From a virus: DNA of 64,000 bases. The stretch spans positions 33,730-97,729 of IMG/VR virus record IMGVR_UViG_3300033153_016044, one strand, 5' to 3'. Under the pieces are notes generated by a model. It did not search any database. It was not told the origin of the DNA and saw nothing but the letters and a program-made list of their open reading frames with translations. Both the position numbers and the translations under genes were made by a program. This document shows positions 1 through 10,386 of this stretch, piece by piece (the stretch's first letter is position 1; every line of letters starts with the position of its first letter).

Positions 1-35
1 GTGGTTTGAGATAACACTTTAATTTTCTTAGGCAC
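1..35 (-). CDS. 5' end of a CDS running off the window (MPKKIKVLSQT...)
   Basis: GGAGAAG RBS followed by GTG at 35; open to the window edge. Confidence 0.5.
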   Translation of the reverse strand, partial: MPKKIKVLSQT

Positions 36-109
36 TAGTACTTCTCCAATCTCTTTACTATAACTACTAACCTCTACTAGTATGATACGCGTAATTTATT
101 GTTTGTATG

Positions 110-385
110 TTACTTTATCAAAAGCCTTCCAAGAAATGCGCCATGCTCTGGTGTAAACGGAACTACATAGAGTACCGTATTTCCCTTAGACATATCATGA
201 TTTCTAACTGCGTTAATCTTTATCCTTGTAACATCTCTATATTCTTCTGTTTCTTTTGCTTCTTGTCTAATTCTAACTAGTGTAGCTTTTTTCATTCTTT
301 GTTCATCACATGTTAGATAGTATTGTGGTTGCCCAACTGACAACTTATTTTTAGGTTGTCATCTTTTTCTTGGTTTAATATTCAT
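110..385 (-). CDS. hypothetical basic protein with an in-frame TGA at codon 9 (readthrough, pseudogene or sequencing error)
   Basis: GAGGA RBS and ATG at 385 abut the upstream stop; reads MNIKPRKR-TGA-QPKNKL in frame with track ORF 110..343. Confidence 0.5.
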
Positions 386-2188
386 TTATTCCTCATTCGC
401 GGCGCATGGTCCGGTATCTTCGTAATCTGGTTCAGAGTTATTACCGCCACCACAACCAACTCCAATATTAAGTTCTGTATCAGGAGCATTAGAACAAGGA
501 GCTTTGATTTTAACAGGAACACACTGGTCGCAATCAAACTCATTAAGTTTTTGTACGGTTATTGTAGAACCTGTGGGCTTAGGAACAGCAGGGGGCGAAA
601 TCGTTGGTATTGATGATTCACCTCCTATACCATCAATAGATGTCTCACATTCACAAGCAGCAAGAGCTGCATTAATCTGTTGAACTAATATAATAAGGTC
701 TGTTCCATGAGTAACTGCAATAGCAACGAGTGCTGCATTAATAGAAGCAGTTAGTCCAGCAAAAGCAGCATTAATACTGACTGCAAGCTTTGATGCTGCT
801 CCAACAGCACCACCAATTCCACCAACTAAAGCAGCATTATTACCATCTTGTCTACCTTTTAAATCTTCAGAGTAACTACTAATCTCAGTACATAAGCCAT
901 CTAATCTCATGATGGTATTTATATCATTAGTAACTAAAGTTTCACAGGCTCCAGCAATCAAAGAGCACTCATCTATTGCAACAGCAGGCACCCATTCACA
1001 TGGGGGTTTCTCTTCTGCTTCTCCAATCTCTCCTGGGTCATCATCGCAAGTAGGCAGTTCTTCGTCCATAAAGACCATCTCTCCAATGAACAATTTAGGC
1101 TTAGTTTTTAATGACGATGAATCACAACAAATTTCATCTCCTAAATCTGACAGACTTCTTCCGAACTTTATAGGTCCGTCTATTTCGTTTTCTTTCCAGA
1201 AGTGAACAGTGCTTCTAATATCTATACCGATACTATCTCCTGTGGTTTCACCACCTAGGATATTTTCTTCTCCCTTTTTGTGACATGAATCATCCTCTTC
1301 AGATGCTTCCTTATGGGGAATAACAAAGACAGTTTTTAATTTAGCAGAACCATCTGTTTCTTCATCGAAAAAACTATGTTCTAAATGAGTCATTATTTCT
1401 GCTGTTTTCTGACCTTCTAGTTTTCCATTAGTCCCGTTAAGAGCAGTAGGTTGGCGAACCCACCATACATCTTCTAGCTTACCCTTTAGCCAAGGGAACC
1501 CTTCTCCTGCATCAGGATTAGTACTGAAGACAGTTGTTCCCAGCCCCTTGCTTTCGTGGTCAACGATAATATCATTCCAAGCACCCCATACATTACGTCT
1601 TTCATCCCATCTTAAATCAACAGTTCCTACTTTCCATTGTGCTCTATCTAATTTTGCATCCTCTTCATTCTTTCTTGCATCATCAGCAGAGGGAAATAAC
1701 GGCAACATGTCCTTTGTTCTACCGTAGCCCTGCGCCATCATAGGCGTTCTCATGCAGAGACCTCTGATATTAAATAGCTCACCGAAGGTACCAATCCGTG
1801 TTCTGGCAGTCTCTATATCGTCTCCACTAACTACATACTGAACTTGTTGTTGTTTCTTGGGGACAGGCACGAGTTCAGGACTAGGTTCTACTGGCGCCCA
1901 TATATTGTCTGTATTTGTATTTGGAAATGCGGAAGCATATATTCCTTGAACCGTTATTGTACTCATGGCATTTACAATCTTAAATCCATCTACTATAGAT
2001 AGAAATGAATCCAAGGATGCACCATACGTATCTGACCATTTAGTCTCTAGCGTTCCTGGAGTATTTAGATTTATAATCATCGGTGCGTCTACGCCTTGCT
2101 CTAAGGCCCAGTCGGAACCGGCTATCGCGTATCCTGCTCTGGGTAAATTAATACCGAGCAGCTCATCTATATTTTTTTGTTCTGACAT
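386..2188 (-). CDS. putative tail-tip/structural protein, Cys-rich C-terminal half with an Ala/Gly hydrophobic segment
   Basis: 600-aa ORF, last large gene after the tape measure; TAATG-coupled to the upstream gene. Confidence 0.55.
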   Translation of the reverse strand: MSEQKNIDELLGINLPRAGYAIAGSDWALEQGVDAPMIINLNTPGTLETKWSDTYGASLDSFLSIVDGFKIVNAMSTITVQGIYASAFPNTNTDNIWAPVEPSPELVPVPKKQQQVQYVVSGDDIETARTRIGTFGELFNIRGLCMRTPMMAQGYGRTKDMLPLFPSADDARKNEEDAKLDRAQWKVGTVDLRWDERRNVWGAWNDIIVDHESKGLGTTVFSTNPDAGEGFPWLKGKLEDVWWVRQPTALNGTNGKLEGQKTAEIMTHLEHSFFDEETDGSAKLKTVFVIPHKEASEEDDSCHKKGEENILGGETTGDSIGIDIRSTVHFWKENEIDGPIKFGRSLSDLGDEICCDSSSLKTKPKLFIGEMVFMDEELPTCDDDPGEIGEAEEKPPCEWVPAVAIDECSLIAGACETLVTNDINTIMRLDGLCTEISSYSEDLKGRQDGNNAALVGGIGGAVGAASKLAVSINAAFAGLTASINAALVAIAVTHGTDLIILVQQINAALAACECETSIDGIGGESSIPTISPPAVPKPTGSTITVQKLNEFDCDQCVPVKIKAPCSNAPDTELNIGVGCGGGNNSEPDYEDTGPCAANEE

Positions 2189-4596
2189 TATCCGAAATCT
2201 AACCCTCCTCCATTTAAACTAGAATCAGAGAACCCAATATGTGAACCAAATCCTTTATCCACATTTACATTATGTCCGCTAATAAAACCAGCTTGTTGTT
2301 GTGGCAACACTCTGCCTCCACCATTGTTAACCATATAAGCTATAAGAGCTAACTCTTCTTTACTTATTTCACCAAACTTTCTTGTATATGTTTGAAGTGA
2401 ATAGCTAGTCTTAACTCCACCGTCACCAAAGCTTATACTAATAGAGTTTATATTTGAATTCTTTTCAAGAGAATCCCCAATGCTAAATTGAGGAAATCCT
2501 TCTACTTGAATGCTAGCAGAGAATGCCTCCTTCTGTAATGATGTAGCATTATCTACTTTTATCTGCATGGATTCTATCATTGCTCCTATACTTCCAAATT
2601 CCCATGGAGCAAATCCATCATCCTGTATAATTTGAACCTTACCCTGAGAATCAGCTCCAAGATTACTTGAGAACACAGGACCATATCTAATATTTCTAGA
2701 ACGTGTAGGTATATAGGCAAAGCTTGGCCCATAAGCAAAAGCGTGCACTCCAAAAAACGAAGAACCATAAAAAGCTATGTATCTACCATGAAGTTTTTCA
2801 TGAGCTTCTATCGTACCTATGCCTCTGCCGTCTGCGATTTCTAAAGCATCCGACATTAATTTATTTTTTAGGGGTGTCTTCTCAAAAACACCTCCAGGAA
2901 TAGTTACAACACCATCCTTATCTACCGTGCATGATACATACAGAGACGTTTTAACAGAACCAAATGGACTAGCAGATTCCTTATAAATATAACTAGCGGT
3001 ATCTTTAATCTCTAAAGTTACATCATTGGGGTCATATGCATTAACTAATTTTAATACCAGAATAGCCTCTCCGGCATTAATAATTCTATTGACAAACGTG
3101 GAACCATAAACAATAGAATTTCTAGCAAAAGATTGTTGATTACCAAATAGTTGTGTTAAATTCTCTAGCCCCAGAGAGAATGCACCTCCAGCAGCTTCTG
3201 AGGAAAATTCTACATAAGCTTTAGTTCTTCCATCGTTCTGCCTAAAATATTCATTAGGGTCATCGTTTCCCCCTACTACATCTCTAGTCCACGCAGATTG
3301 AATTACCTCATCTAATATTGTATCATGAACAAATCTTTTTCCATATGAAGATTTTGCATGTGCTTCAAGTTTTTTATATACAGCTCCGACCTCGGCCCGC
3401 TTTGCTATTTTTAGCTTAAGTAAAGCAGCAGCTCTTTTTGTATTAAAAGTAGGGACTTTATCTTTATCATTAGGCTCGTCAACATCATTCAAATCTGCAA
3501 TTAAACTTACTATGCCAGCTATATCATCATCTCCAAATCCAGGACCATATCTACTCATTCCAAAAGAACTTTCATTTGATTCTACTGTAGTTTTAGATTT
3601 TTCATTTCCTAACCACAGTTCCCACTGATGTTTTCCAGCTATTACTGCTATCATTTCATCTTCTGTCATTATATAATTATTAAATCCACCTTCAATAGAT
3701 AAGTCAATTGGCTCATTAGCCATACCTAATATTGCTACCTTAGTTAGATTCTCAAGTGGTGCACCCTGCAGGGCCATACAAGAAACTTCATTTCTAAGTT
3801 CTATCCCAGAGGTTGCAGTTATTACTCTCTCATCATGCTGGTCTAAGAAGCTTTGCAGGTCTATGTCTATATTATCAGTAGACCTATCAATTACTTTTAC
3901 AGTTACCTCTATGATGCCATCTGCTCTCTTCTCCGATTCAACAAACCAATCAAACGCATGTCTCTGTGACAAATCTTCTATTAGATTAGAAATGGGCGTT
4001 AGGTTTGTATTAACTCTGTGGTTGGGATTTACTATCGCTGCAACCTCGTCTAAATTAAATACATATCGCTCTCCAAATACATTGGCGATTTGTTGAGGAA
4101 TAGGAATTACTGCAGTTCCAAATAAAACATTATCCCCCTTTAGGGCGCTAACTATTCTTTCGAATGGCATACCAGATTGATTCCATCCAGATAAGTTAAT
4201 AAGACCTGCTCCATAAGGACCATATATATCAAGGACGGAACAGCCAGTATTATTTATTGTATCTATGATTGCCTGAGAGCCCGGAGCAAGAATCACAGGA
4301 ATAGATTTCATTATCTCTCTTGGGTCAGATACGGATACTCTAATTGTTCTTCCGGAAATATTAGTCACATCTATTTCATATCTAGTCAGCACACCAGAGA
4401 AGCTCCAGGAATCTCCCAGGGTTATTGTTTGAAAGGTTCCTACCTCCGGAAATTCAAATAATGCATCATCATCTTCTACGATAGTCACAGAAGCTGTACT
4501 TGGACTAGTAGAAAGACCTAGACTATTAGATATGTTTTTTATATATGAACCGAGGAACTTATTTGCTCCCCCACCACCTAAATCAGTTGCCGTCAT
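2188..4596 (-). CDS. putative baseplate hub/tail-tip protein
   Basis: 802 aa, beta-rich, lies downstream of the TMP; position-based call. Confidence 0.5.
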   Translation of the reverse strand: MTATDLGGGGANKFLGSYIKNISNSLGLSTSPSTASVTIVEDDDALFEFPEVGTFQTITLGDSWSFSGVLTRYEIDVTNISGRTIRVSVSDPREIMKSIPVILAPGSQAIIDTINNTGCSVLDIYGPYGAGLINLSGWNQSGMPFERIVSALKGDNVLFGTAVIPIPQQIANVFGERYVFNLDEVAAIVNPNHRVNTNLTPISNLIEDLSQRHAFDWFVESEKRADGIIEVTVKVIDRSTDNIDIDLQSFLDQHDERVITATSGIELRNEVSCMALQGAPLENLTKVAILGMANEPIDLSIEGGFNNYIMTEDEMIAVIAGKHQWELWLGNEKSKTTVESNESSFGMSRYGPGFGDDDIAGIVSLIADLNDVDEPNDKDKVPTFNTKRAAALLKLKIAKRAEVGAVYKKLEAHAKSSYGKRFVHDTILDEVIQSAWTRDVVGGNDDPNEYFRQNDGRTKAYVEFSSEAAGGAFSLGLENLTQLFGNQQSFARNSIVYGSTFVNRIINAGEAILVLKLVNAYDPNDVTLEIKDTASYIYKESASPFGSVKTSLYVSCTVDKDGVVTIPGGVFEKTPLKNKLMSDALEIADGRGIGTIEAHEKLHGRYIAFYGSSFFGVHAFAYGPSFAYIPTRSRNIRYGPVFSSNLGADSQGKVQIIQDDGFAPWEFGSIGAMIESMQIKVDNATSLQKEAFSASIQVEGFPQFSIGDSLEKNSNINSISISFGDGGVKTSYSLQTYTRKFGEISKEELALIAYMVNNGGGRVLPQQQAGFISGHNVNVDKGFGSHIGFSDSSLNGGGLDFG

Positions 4597-4603
4597 TAAT
4601 CAC

Positions 4604-6592
4604 CTATGTATTAGTGTATTTCCAGGTCACACTTCTAGTAAAAACAAGAGTCTGCCTATTGAACGAATATTGGTCTGCCGTTTTAAATGTCTTAGTCGCT
4701 ACAGGTTGTTCTCCTCTAGAATTTGTAAGAGGAGTATTACTAATCAGTATATTAGATTCTGTAAGAGCTTCAAGTTCTAGCAGCCCTTGGTTTGTAGTAT
4801 CTACTGAGCCACAATCGTTACCACTAGCCTGCATTGTATATGTAATCTTGAGGGTTTTTTGTGAGCCTGTTACAGTCTCTTGGTCCTGAAGAATGGGGCC
4901 GGTTGCCTTTTGAGGAATAGGAATTTCAGCAACCACATCTGCTGGTAGTGTGTAGTTAACATCAATCTTCTCATCTCGAATACTTGGGTTGGCTGTAGTA
5001 AATCTATTATCAAACCTTGATGAATATGTCAATGTCCCGTTTAGTTTATTAAACCCCAAAGAAGTCTGAACAGCGGAGGCCCCAAGACAAGTTCCAGGTG
5101 GGATAATTTCCAATGCTCTACTATTAATTAGTCCCTGAATACTAGAATAAAAGGCTCCAGATGCGGCAATGAATCTTTCAATGCTATTTGTGCCTAGCTC
5201 AGCAGCCAAGCCCTGAATGGTTCCATTCACAGTTACCGTAGTGGATGCATTCTCTATACTTTGCTCACGAGCAACCTGATATTCTTCTCTGTAAAGAGCG
5301 GTTCCTTGCTCTCTAAAGCTCCTGGTTAATGAGAATGATTTTGCAATTTCATCTCTTTGATAACTAACTGCTTCAATATTACCAGAGAGGGATGCATCAA
5401 AGAATGGTTCAACTGTTGAGTTAATAGGAAAGTTACTTGCGAAACAATAATCTATCGCTGACTGAATACCTGAATCACTAGCTAATCTTATCGACGCGGA
5501 GGTCGCTACAGTCTGTGAAACTGTTCCATCTTCATTCCTCTGTAGAGAATAGGAAATCGCCCGGCTTTCAATCGGGTCATCGTTTATTACACCAAAAGTA
5601 ATAGAGTAGCTTACCGTGCCGGCAAATCTATTTTCACTCAAAGATTTTGATGCTATGTCACTAGCGGTAAGAAATCCAATCTCAACAGCTACTACATTAT
5701 TAAATCCATCTAATGCATTATTAAGTTTCTCTGTAGTAGTATCTCCGTAACCAAGAACGGTTCCATTAATAGTTAGAGATTCTACTAACACCCCTAAGTC
5801 ATCTAGTTCATAAGACCTATCAATAGTTCTATCATCCTTATAGTTTCCGGAGGCCATAATCCAAGTTTCACTAACAGCATAGGATGCATTAGTTTCATTG
5901 ATACTCTCCGACCTAATATGATTAAACTCAAACAGGTTGTCAGCATCTACTACAGGGGGGAGGAATGGCGCAGTCAGGAATGCATACTGAGTTCTATCTA
6001 GCGTATCTACCCTAGCGAGGACGAACGTCTTTGCGTTATCCAAGGCTCCCATTCCATCTTGGTTAGATATACCCACTGCACTTACACTGTGGCTTACAGC
6101 TATTGTATCATCTTCTTGTGTAGAGAAATCCCAGGACTCATCAAACTCACTAACCTTACAGTTAGCATCGAAGCCTTCTTCATACTCAAACTGAATAGAG
6201 TAATCTCTCTTCTGAACCATTTGGCTTTCTGGAAAATCTATAGATACAACTTTTGGAAACACGCTCAACATCGGATAGCCACTGCCATCTACAATTAGAA
6301 GGTTGCCTCTATCTTCATCTAGAGCTGCACACAGTTGGTCAGATTTTCTATCAAGAAGCTCAAAGCAAGAGGCGTTAGGGTCTACTCCAGATAGAGCAGG
6401 TAGACTAGGAAGTAGTGTTCCAGTAAACGTAAGAGAATGTATAACCCCTAGTCTTGTTTCTACTCCGTCTTTTATTTTAGTTAACGTTTGTTTGCTATCT
6501 TGTATAAGCGGCACTGGACTAAAGCAATATGCTAGACCATCTGACTGTCTTACATAATACATTTGTGTGCCGGCATTAGGATTCGCACTCAT
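4604..6592 (-). CDS. putative distal tail/tail-tip protein with repeated beta units
   Basis: 662 aa; internal repeats (xINGTxxG, YSxxF); AGGAG RBS; tail-module position. Confidence 0.5.
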   Translation of the reverse strand: MSANPNAGTQMYYVRQSDGLAYCFSPVPLIQDSKQTLTKIKDGVETRLGVIHSLTFTGTLLPSLPALSGVDPNASCFELLDRKSDQLCAALDEDRGNLLIVDGSGYPMLSVFPKVVSIDFPESQMVQKRDYSIQFEYEEGFDANCKVSEFDESWDFSTQEDDTIAVSHSVSAVGISNQDGMGALDNAKTFVLARVDTLDRTQYAFLTAPFLPPVVDADNLFEFNHIRSESINETNASYAVSETWIMASGNYKDDRTIDRSYELDDLGVLVESLTINGTVLGYGDTTTEKLNNALDGFNNVVAVEIGFLTASDIASKSLSENRFAGTVSYSITFGVINDDPIESRAISYSLQRNEDGTVSQTVATSASIRLASDSGIQSAIDYCFASNFPINSTVEPFFDASLSGNIEAVSYQRDEIAKSFSLTRSFREQGTALYREEYQVAREQSIENASTTVTVNGTIQGLAAELGTNSIERFIAASGAFYSSIQGLINSRALEIIPPGTCLGASAVQTSLGFNKLNGTLTYSSRFDNRFTTANPSIRDEKIDVNYTLPADVVAEIPIPQKATGPILQDQETVTGSQKTLKITYTMQASGNDCGSVDTTNQGLLELEALTESNILISNTPLTNSRGEQPVATKTFKTADQYSFNRQTLVFTRSVTWKYTNT

Positions 6593-6600
6593 ATTTTCTC

Positions 6601-9600
6601 CTAATTAATAAAACCAGATGGTAATGTGATTGAAAGTAACGGACAAAGAGGGAAGTTGTGAGATGGACATGCAGAAGAAGAACTTTCGGCAACTATACTT
6701 CCGATTAATGTTCCCCAAATTTCAGAACTAGGAAGACCAACACCAGTTAAGTATCCATGAATACTTGTAGTAATAATTCCACTTACTCCGAATACATAAC
6801 CATGTATAGATGAAGAATTAAATCCCAACCCACTAGCATAACCATGAATACTACTTGGAATTTCATCAGAAGCATCGACAAAACCATGAATGGTCATATC
6901 GGCAGCTCCACTTAATACATACCCTTTAATAGTTGAGGTTGCAATAGGTGGCCGCTTAACATAGCCATGAATAGCTTGCGCGCTAATCTCACCCTTTAGA
7001 TATCCATGAAGAAAGTTAACACCAGGAACTACATTAGATGTAGATGGGTTACCCACTAGGCCACCACCAGAAGGAACAAGCCCCTCACTACCTAGATAAC
7101 CATATATACTAGAGTTGGGATAATTACCCAATAGATATCCATGAACAGATATCGACCCTGACCCAATAGGTGGCAATACATATCCATAAATAGCCTTTTG
7201 GTTTGGACCGAGCCCAAAGATTCCTCCATCCCAACCTTGAGTAAAGCCGTGTCTAAACTTACTAGTAAACTCTCCAGACTCACCAGCTATATAACCATGA
7301 ATAAGCTGAGCCCCAGTAAGGCCTTCTAGGTATCCATGAATATTATCTTGACTTGACATATCTCCGGAGCCAAAGCCTCCGATTAGGAAGCCATCGATTA
7401 CAGAACTAACACCAGTAGGGTCTACGGGAACATTACCAAATAAATAACTATGAACTTGAGAGGTTGTTAATTCATGTCCATGCAAAAACCCATGAATTAA
7501 ACCAGAGGCTTCTGTTCCAAGACCTACTAAATAACCATCTCTAAATGATTGTTGTGGTAGACCAGACGGAATATATCCATGAATAAATTCTGTAGCAATA
7601 CCAGAACTAATTACATATCCATTTATACTACTTATCTCGAACGGACTTCCACCAGTCAAATATCCATAGCGCTGATGTCTTGGTCCAAATTCAATATCTA
7701 CAGGGTCAAGACCGAATACACCATCAATCCAAGCAGCACCATAGGGATATAGAAGTCTGTCAGCAGGAATATCATAGACGCCCTTTGTGTATACCCACTT
7801 TAAAGTTTGAGCCCCTGCAAGACTAGTAGAAAAAGTTTCTCTTTCTCCAAGTTCAGGAATGTTTGAGTTAAAAGCATCTAGAGTATGCCAATGCATATCT
7901 CCATAAGTTTCTTGAAGAACATTATCTATAAAGAATTCAATCTTATCATCTACGTGAACATCCGAACGTATATAAAATCCAAACTCTCTACCAGCACTGC
8001 CGTCTGGTAATCTTTCATCTATATTGACATCAATATCTACTTCCAGAATAGCAGAATGTCCTGGTTGTATTCCTCCGCTCGGTACTATCCTTAGTGGACT
8101 ACCCAATCCAGAAGCATCTCCAATAGCCTCGCTTCTTATAGAAAATCCATCATCAGTTCCTCTTTGTGGAAATACAAATGACCAAATTCCACTCTGTACA
8201 GTTCCATCAAAATCAACTGGAAGAGGAGTAGATGGCAAGAAATTTGTTCTAGTGGCATTACCACTTGCTACAATTCCCCATTCAAAATCTCCAGATGTTC
8301 TCCAGCCTTCTGGTAGAGTCCCCTGTTCTTGTCTGAATGTTTGTTGTGTAGTTTGTAGTGGGCTTCTTACAATCTGTCTGTTATATGGGGGCGGGTCAGA
8401 GGTCGAGTTAGACCATGTTACAACTTCTGGATTAGTAGCTGCTGGACCAAATAATTTAATTTCATATACTCTTGAACTACTTTGTATAGAGTTAAAAAAT
8501 TGAAGTGTTACAAATTTTGCAGTAAATGGGTTAATGTTAAAAATTGGAACTAGCGATGCTACGTTTAAAGATTCTGTAACAGTCTGTGTTCCAGCCATAT
8601 ATTTTTCTAATGAACTATTTTGTGGAGGAAGCGAACTAATTGCACCAGATGGTATTGTAAATAATCTAACATGGTTTATTCCATCTAGTGTTCCCGATAC
8701 AGCTATGCCGGGAGCAGACGTTGTTCCATTTCTTTGTAGTACCTCTACTCTTTCTATAGTTCTAATCTTGTCTAATTCAAGAGTTAATGTATAGCCATCT
8801 CTGACTCTACCATAGGTAGTATTATCATCATCAAAAAGATTAGGAGATTCTTCATAATGAGATGTGAACTGTACGTTAGTATATGCAGCAATGCCTGTAA
8901 AGATTTCATTGGCCGTGCCGGACGTAAGAGTATAGTCAATGGTAAATTCTGATTCTTGCCACCTACCTAATGCGGGAGATTGTTCTACATCCCATACTGT
9001 TAAGATTCCACCAGAAGGATATGTTGAAACATGTCCCTGCGTAACTAGTAGTTCTTGCTTTGTGCCGCTGGCACCCGCGGGCTCTGTGGGATGCTTTAGT
9101 GCTTTAAATCCTCCCCAGAATAATGTATTGCTCCAGCCTCCAGTTTGAGATTGGCCCACAGATGCAGGATGTTTAAGACCCTTATCTTGGTCATCCATGG
9201 TAGGAAATACCCAGTTGCTTCCATCAAAGTCAGCCTTGAATCTTCCTATTGATTGTTTTCCCCATTCGTTTTTCTTTTGAAAATAGAATAAGAATTCTCC
9301 ATCATCATTAAAAGAGAAGTCACAATTAGTTCCTTCTCCTGGGAAGTTATGTCTTGTTACACCTTCTCCTGAAAAATTATTAGGACCTATACCATACATA
9401 TCGCCAGTGGGCACAATTCCAGATTGGATTAGTAATCCGCTTGTGCTACCATTAAGACTACCAGCTTTTGTTACCCAACTATTTTCTGTTCCATTTGCTA
9501 TATCTTTTACATTTATATATTCATCTGTATCTTCTGTCCAGTGATAAATACTCTGACCTACCCCTCCAATTCCAGAAGAGCATACAACGGCCATGCCGTG

Positions 9601-10377
9601 ACTTCCATTGAGTCCGCTGCCAATGGCCATGCTGGGACCAAAGCGCACCTCGTCTGATTCAATAGCTCTCTCATCAGGAGTTCCAAACCAGCCACCAAAA
9701 TCTCTATGCCATGTTTTTAGTTCATTATCTTCTGCATCATAGTATGTAGCATACGATGTTTTAAGTCCGAAGATTTCCGATACATATATAATAGGGAATC
9801 CGCCACTTGCACCTGCGGCGATATCTCCAAACTGAAGAGGGTCCAAAGAGGGGGCTACATTATACGGCGTTCCCAATACGGCAGTAGTCATGTCATTAGC
9901 AGAATCTTTGACAATCATTTTTACTGCGGGGAAACTAATGCCGGCTACTTCACTAGCGAACGGATGTTCTTGCATAGTAAGTGAGCCCTGAAAGCCTTTA
10001 GCTAAATTTCCAGAATCACCAGCAGCAACTAGCCCAATAGGACCTATGCCGCTTGCTCTCGTCCAACCACCGCCTGGTAGCTTACCTACAAACTGATAGC
10101 AACCAGAGCCATTAAACCTGAAGCCACAATGTATATGACCACTCCTATCCATTACTGTATCAAAGTTATTATGGATATGAAAGTCTTCTACTGGGAATAA
10201 AAGCTCAGGAGCACTCCATGATAATCCACCATTAGTAGATGTTATAAAATCAACTTCACTAGTTCCTGAACCATAGGCTAGAAATATTTCATCATCATTG
10301 GGGTCTTGCCAAAAAGCCCTGCCCCACTGAGGGAGTCTCATATCTTGAGAACCCGTAGTGGCTATTGAAAAAATCAT
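6601..10377 (-). CDS. putative tail fibre/receptor-binding protein: BNR/Asp-box-like N-terminus, discoidin-like middle, about 21 (I/V)HG(Y/F) repeats at the C-terminus
   Basis: STNGGLSWS Asp-box; NLFDDDNTT...VYEIKLFG F5/8-like signature; repeats visible in the translation. Confidence 0.6.
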   Translation of the reverse strand: MIFSIATTGSQDMRLPQWGRAFWQDPNDDEIFLAYGSGTSEVDFITSTNGGLSWSAPELLFPVEDFHIHNNFDTVMDRSGHIHCGFRFNGSGCYQFVGKLPGGGWTRASGIGPIGLVAAGDSGNLAKGFQGSLTMQEHPFASEVAGISFPAVKMIVKDSANDMTTAVLGTPYNVAPSLDPLQFGDIAAGASGGFPIIYVSEIFGLKTSYATYYDAEDNELKTWHRDFGGWFGTPDERAIESDEVRFGPSMAIGSGLNGSHGMAVVCSSGIGGVGQSIYHWTEDTDEYINVKDIANGTENSWVTKAGSLNGSTSGLLIQSGIVPTGDMYGIGPNNFSGEGVTRHNFPGEGTNCDFSFNDDGEFLFYFQKKNEWGKQSIGRFKADFDGSNWVFPTMDDQDKGLKHPASVGQSQTGGWSNTLFWGGFKALKHPTEPAGASGTKQELLVTQGHVSTYPSGGILTVWDVEQSPALGRWQESEFTIDYTLTSGTANEIFTGIAAYTNVQFTSHYEESPNLFDDDNTTYGRVRDGYTLTLELDKIRTIERVEVLQRNGTTSAPGIAVSGTLDGINHVRLFTIPSGAISSLPPQNSSLEKYMAGTQTVTESLNVASLVPIFNINPFTAKFVTLQFFNSIQSSSRVYEIKLFGPAATNPEVVTWSNSTSDPPPYNRQIVRSPLQTTQQTFRQEQGTLPEGWRTSGDFEWGIVASGNATRTNFLPSTPLPVDFDGTVQSGIWSFVFPQRGTDDGFSIRSEAIGDASGLGSPLRIVPSGGIQPGHSAILEVDIDVNIDERLPDGSAGREFGFYIRSDVHVDDKIEFFIDNVLQETYGDMHWHTLDAFNSNIPELGERETFSTSLAGAQTLKWVYTKGVYDIPADRLLYPYGAAWIDGVFGLDPVDIEFGPRHQRYGYLTGGSPFEISSINGYVISSGIATEFIHGYIPSGLPQQSFRDGYLVGLGTEASGLIHGFLHGHELTTSQVHSYLFGNVPVDPTGVSSVIDGFLIGGFGSGDMSSQDNIHGYLEGLTGAQLIHGYIAGESGEFTSKFRHGFTQGWDGGIFGLGPNQKAIYGYVLPPIGSGSISVHGYLLGNYPNSSIYGYLGSEGLVPSGGGLVGNPSTSNVVPGVNFLHGYLKGEISAQAIHGYVKRPPIATSTIKGYVLSGAADMTIHGFVDASDEIPSSIHGYASGLGFNSSSIHGYVFGVSGIITTSIHGYLTGVGLPSSEIWGTLIGSIVAESSSSACPSHNFPLCPLLSITLPSGFIN

Positions 10378-10386
10378 TTAATCATC

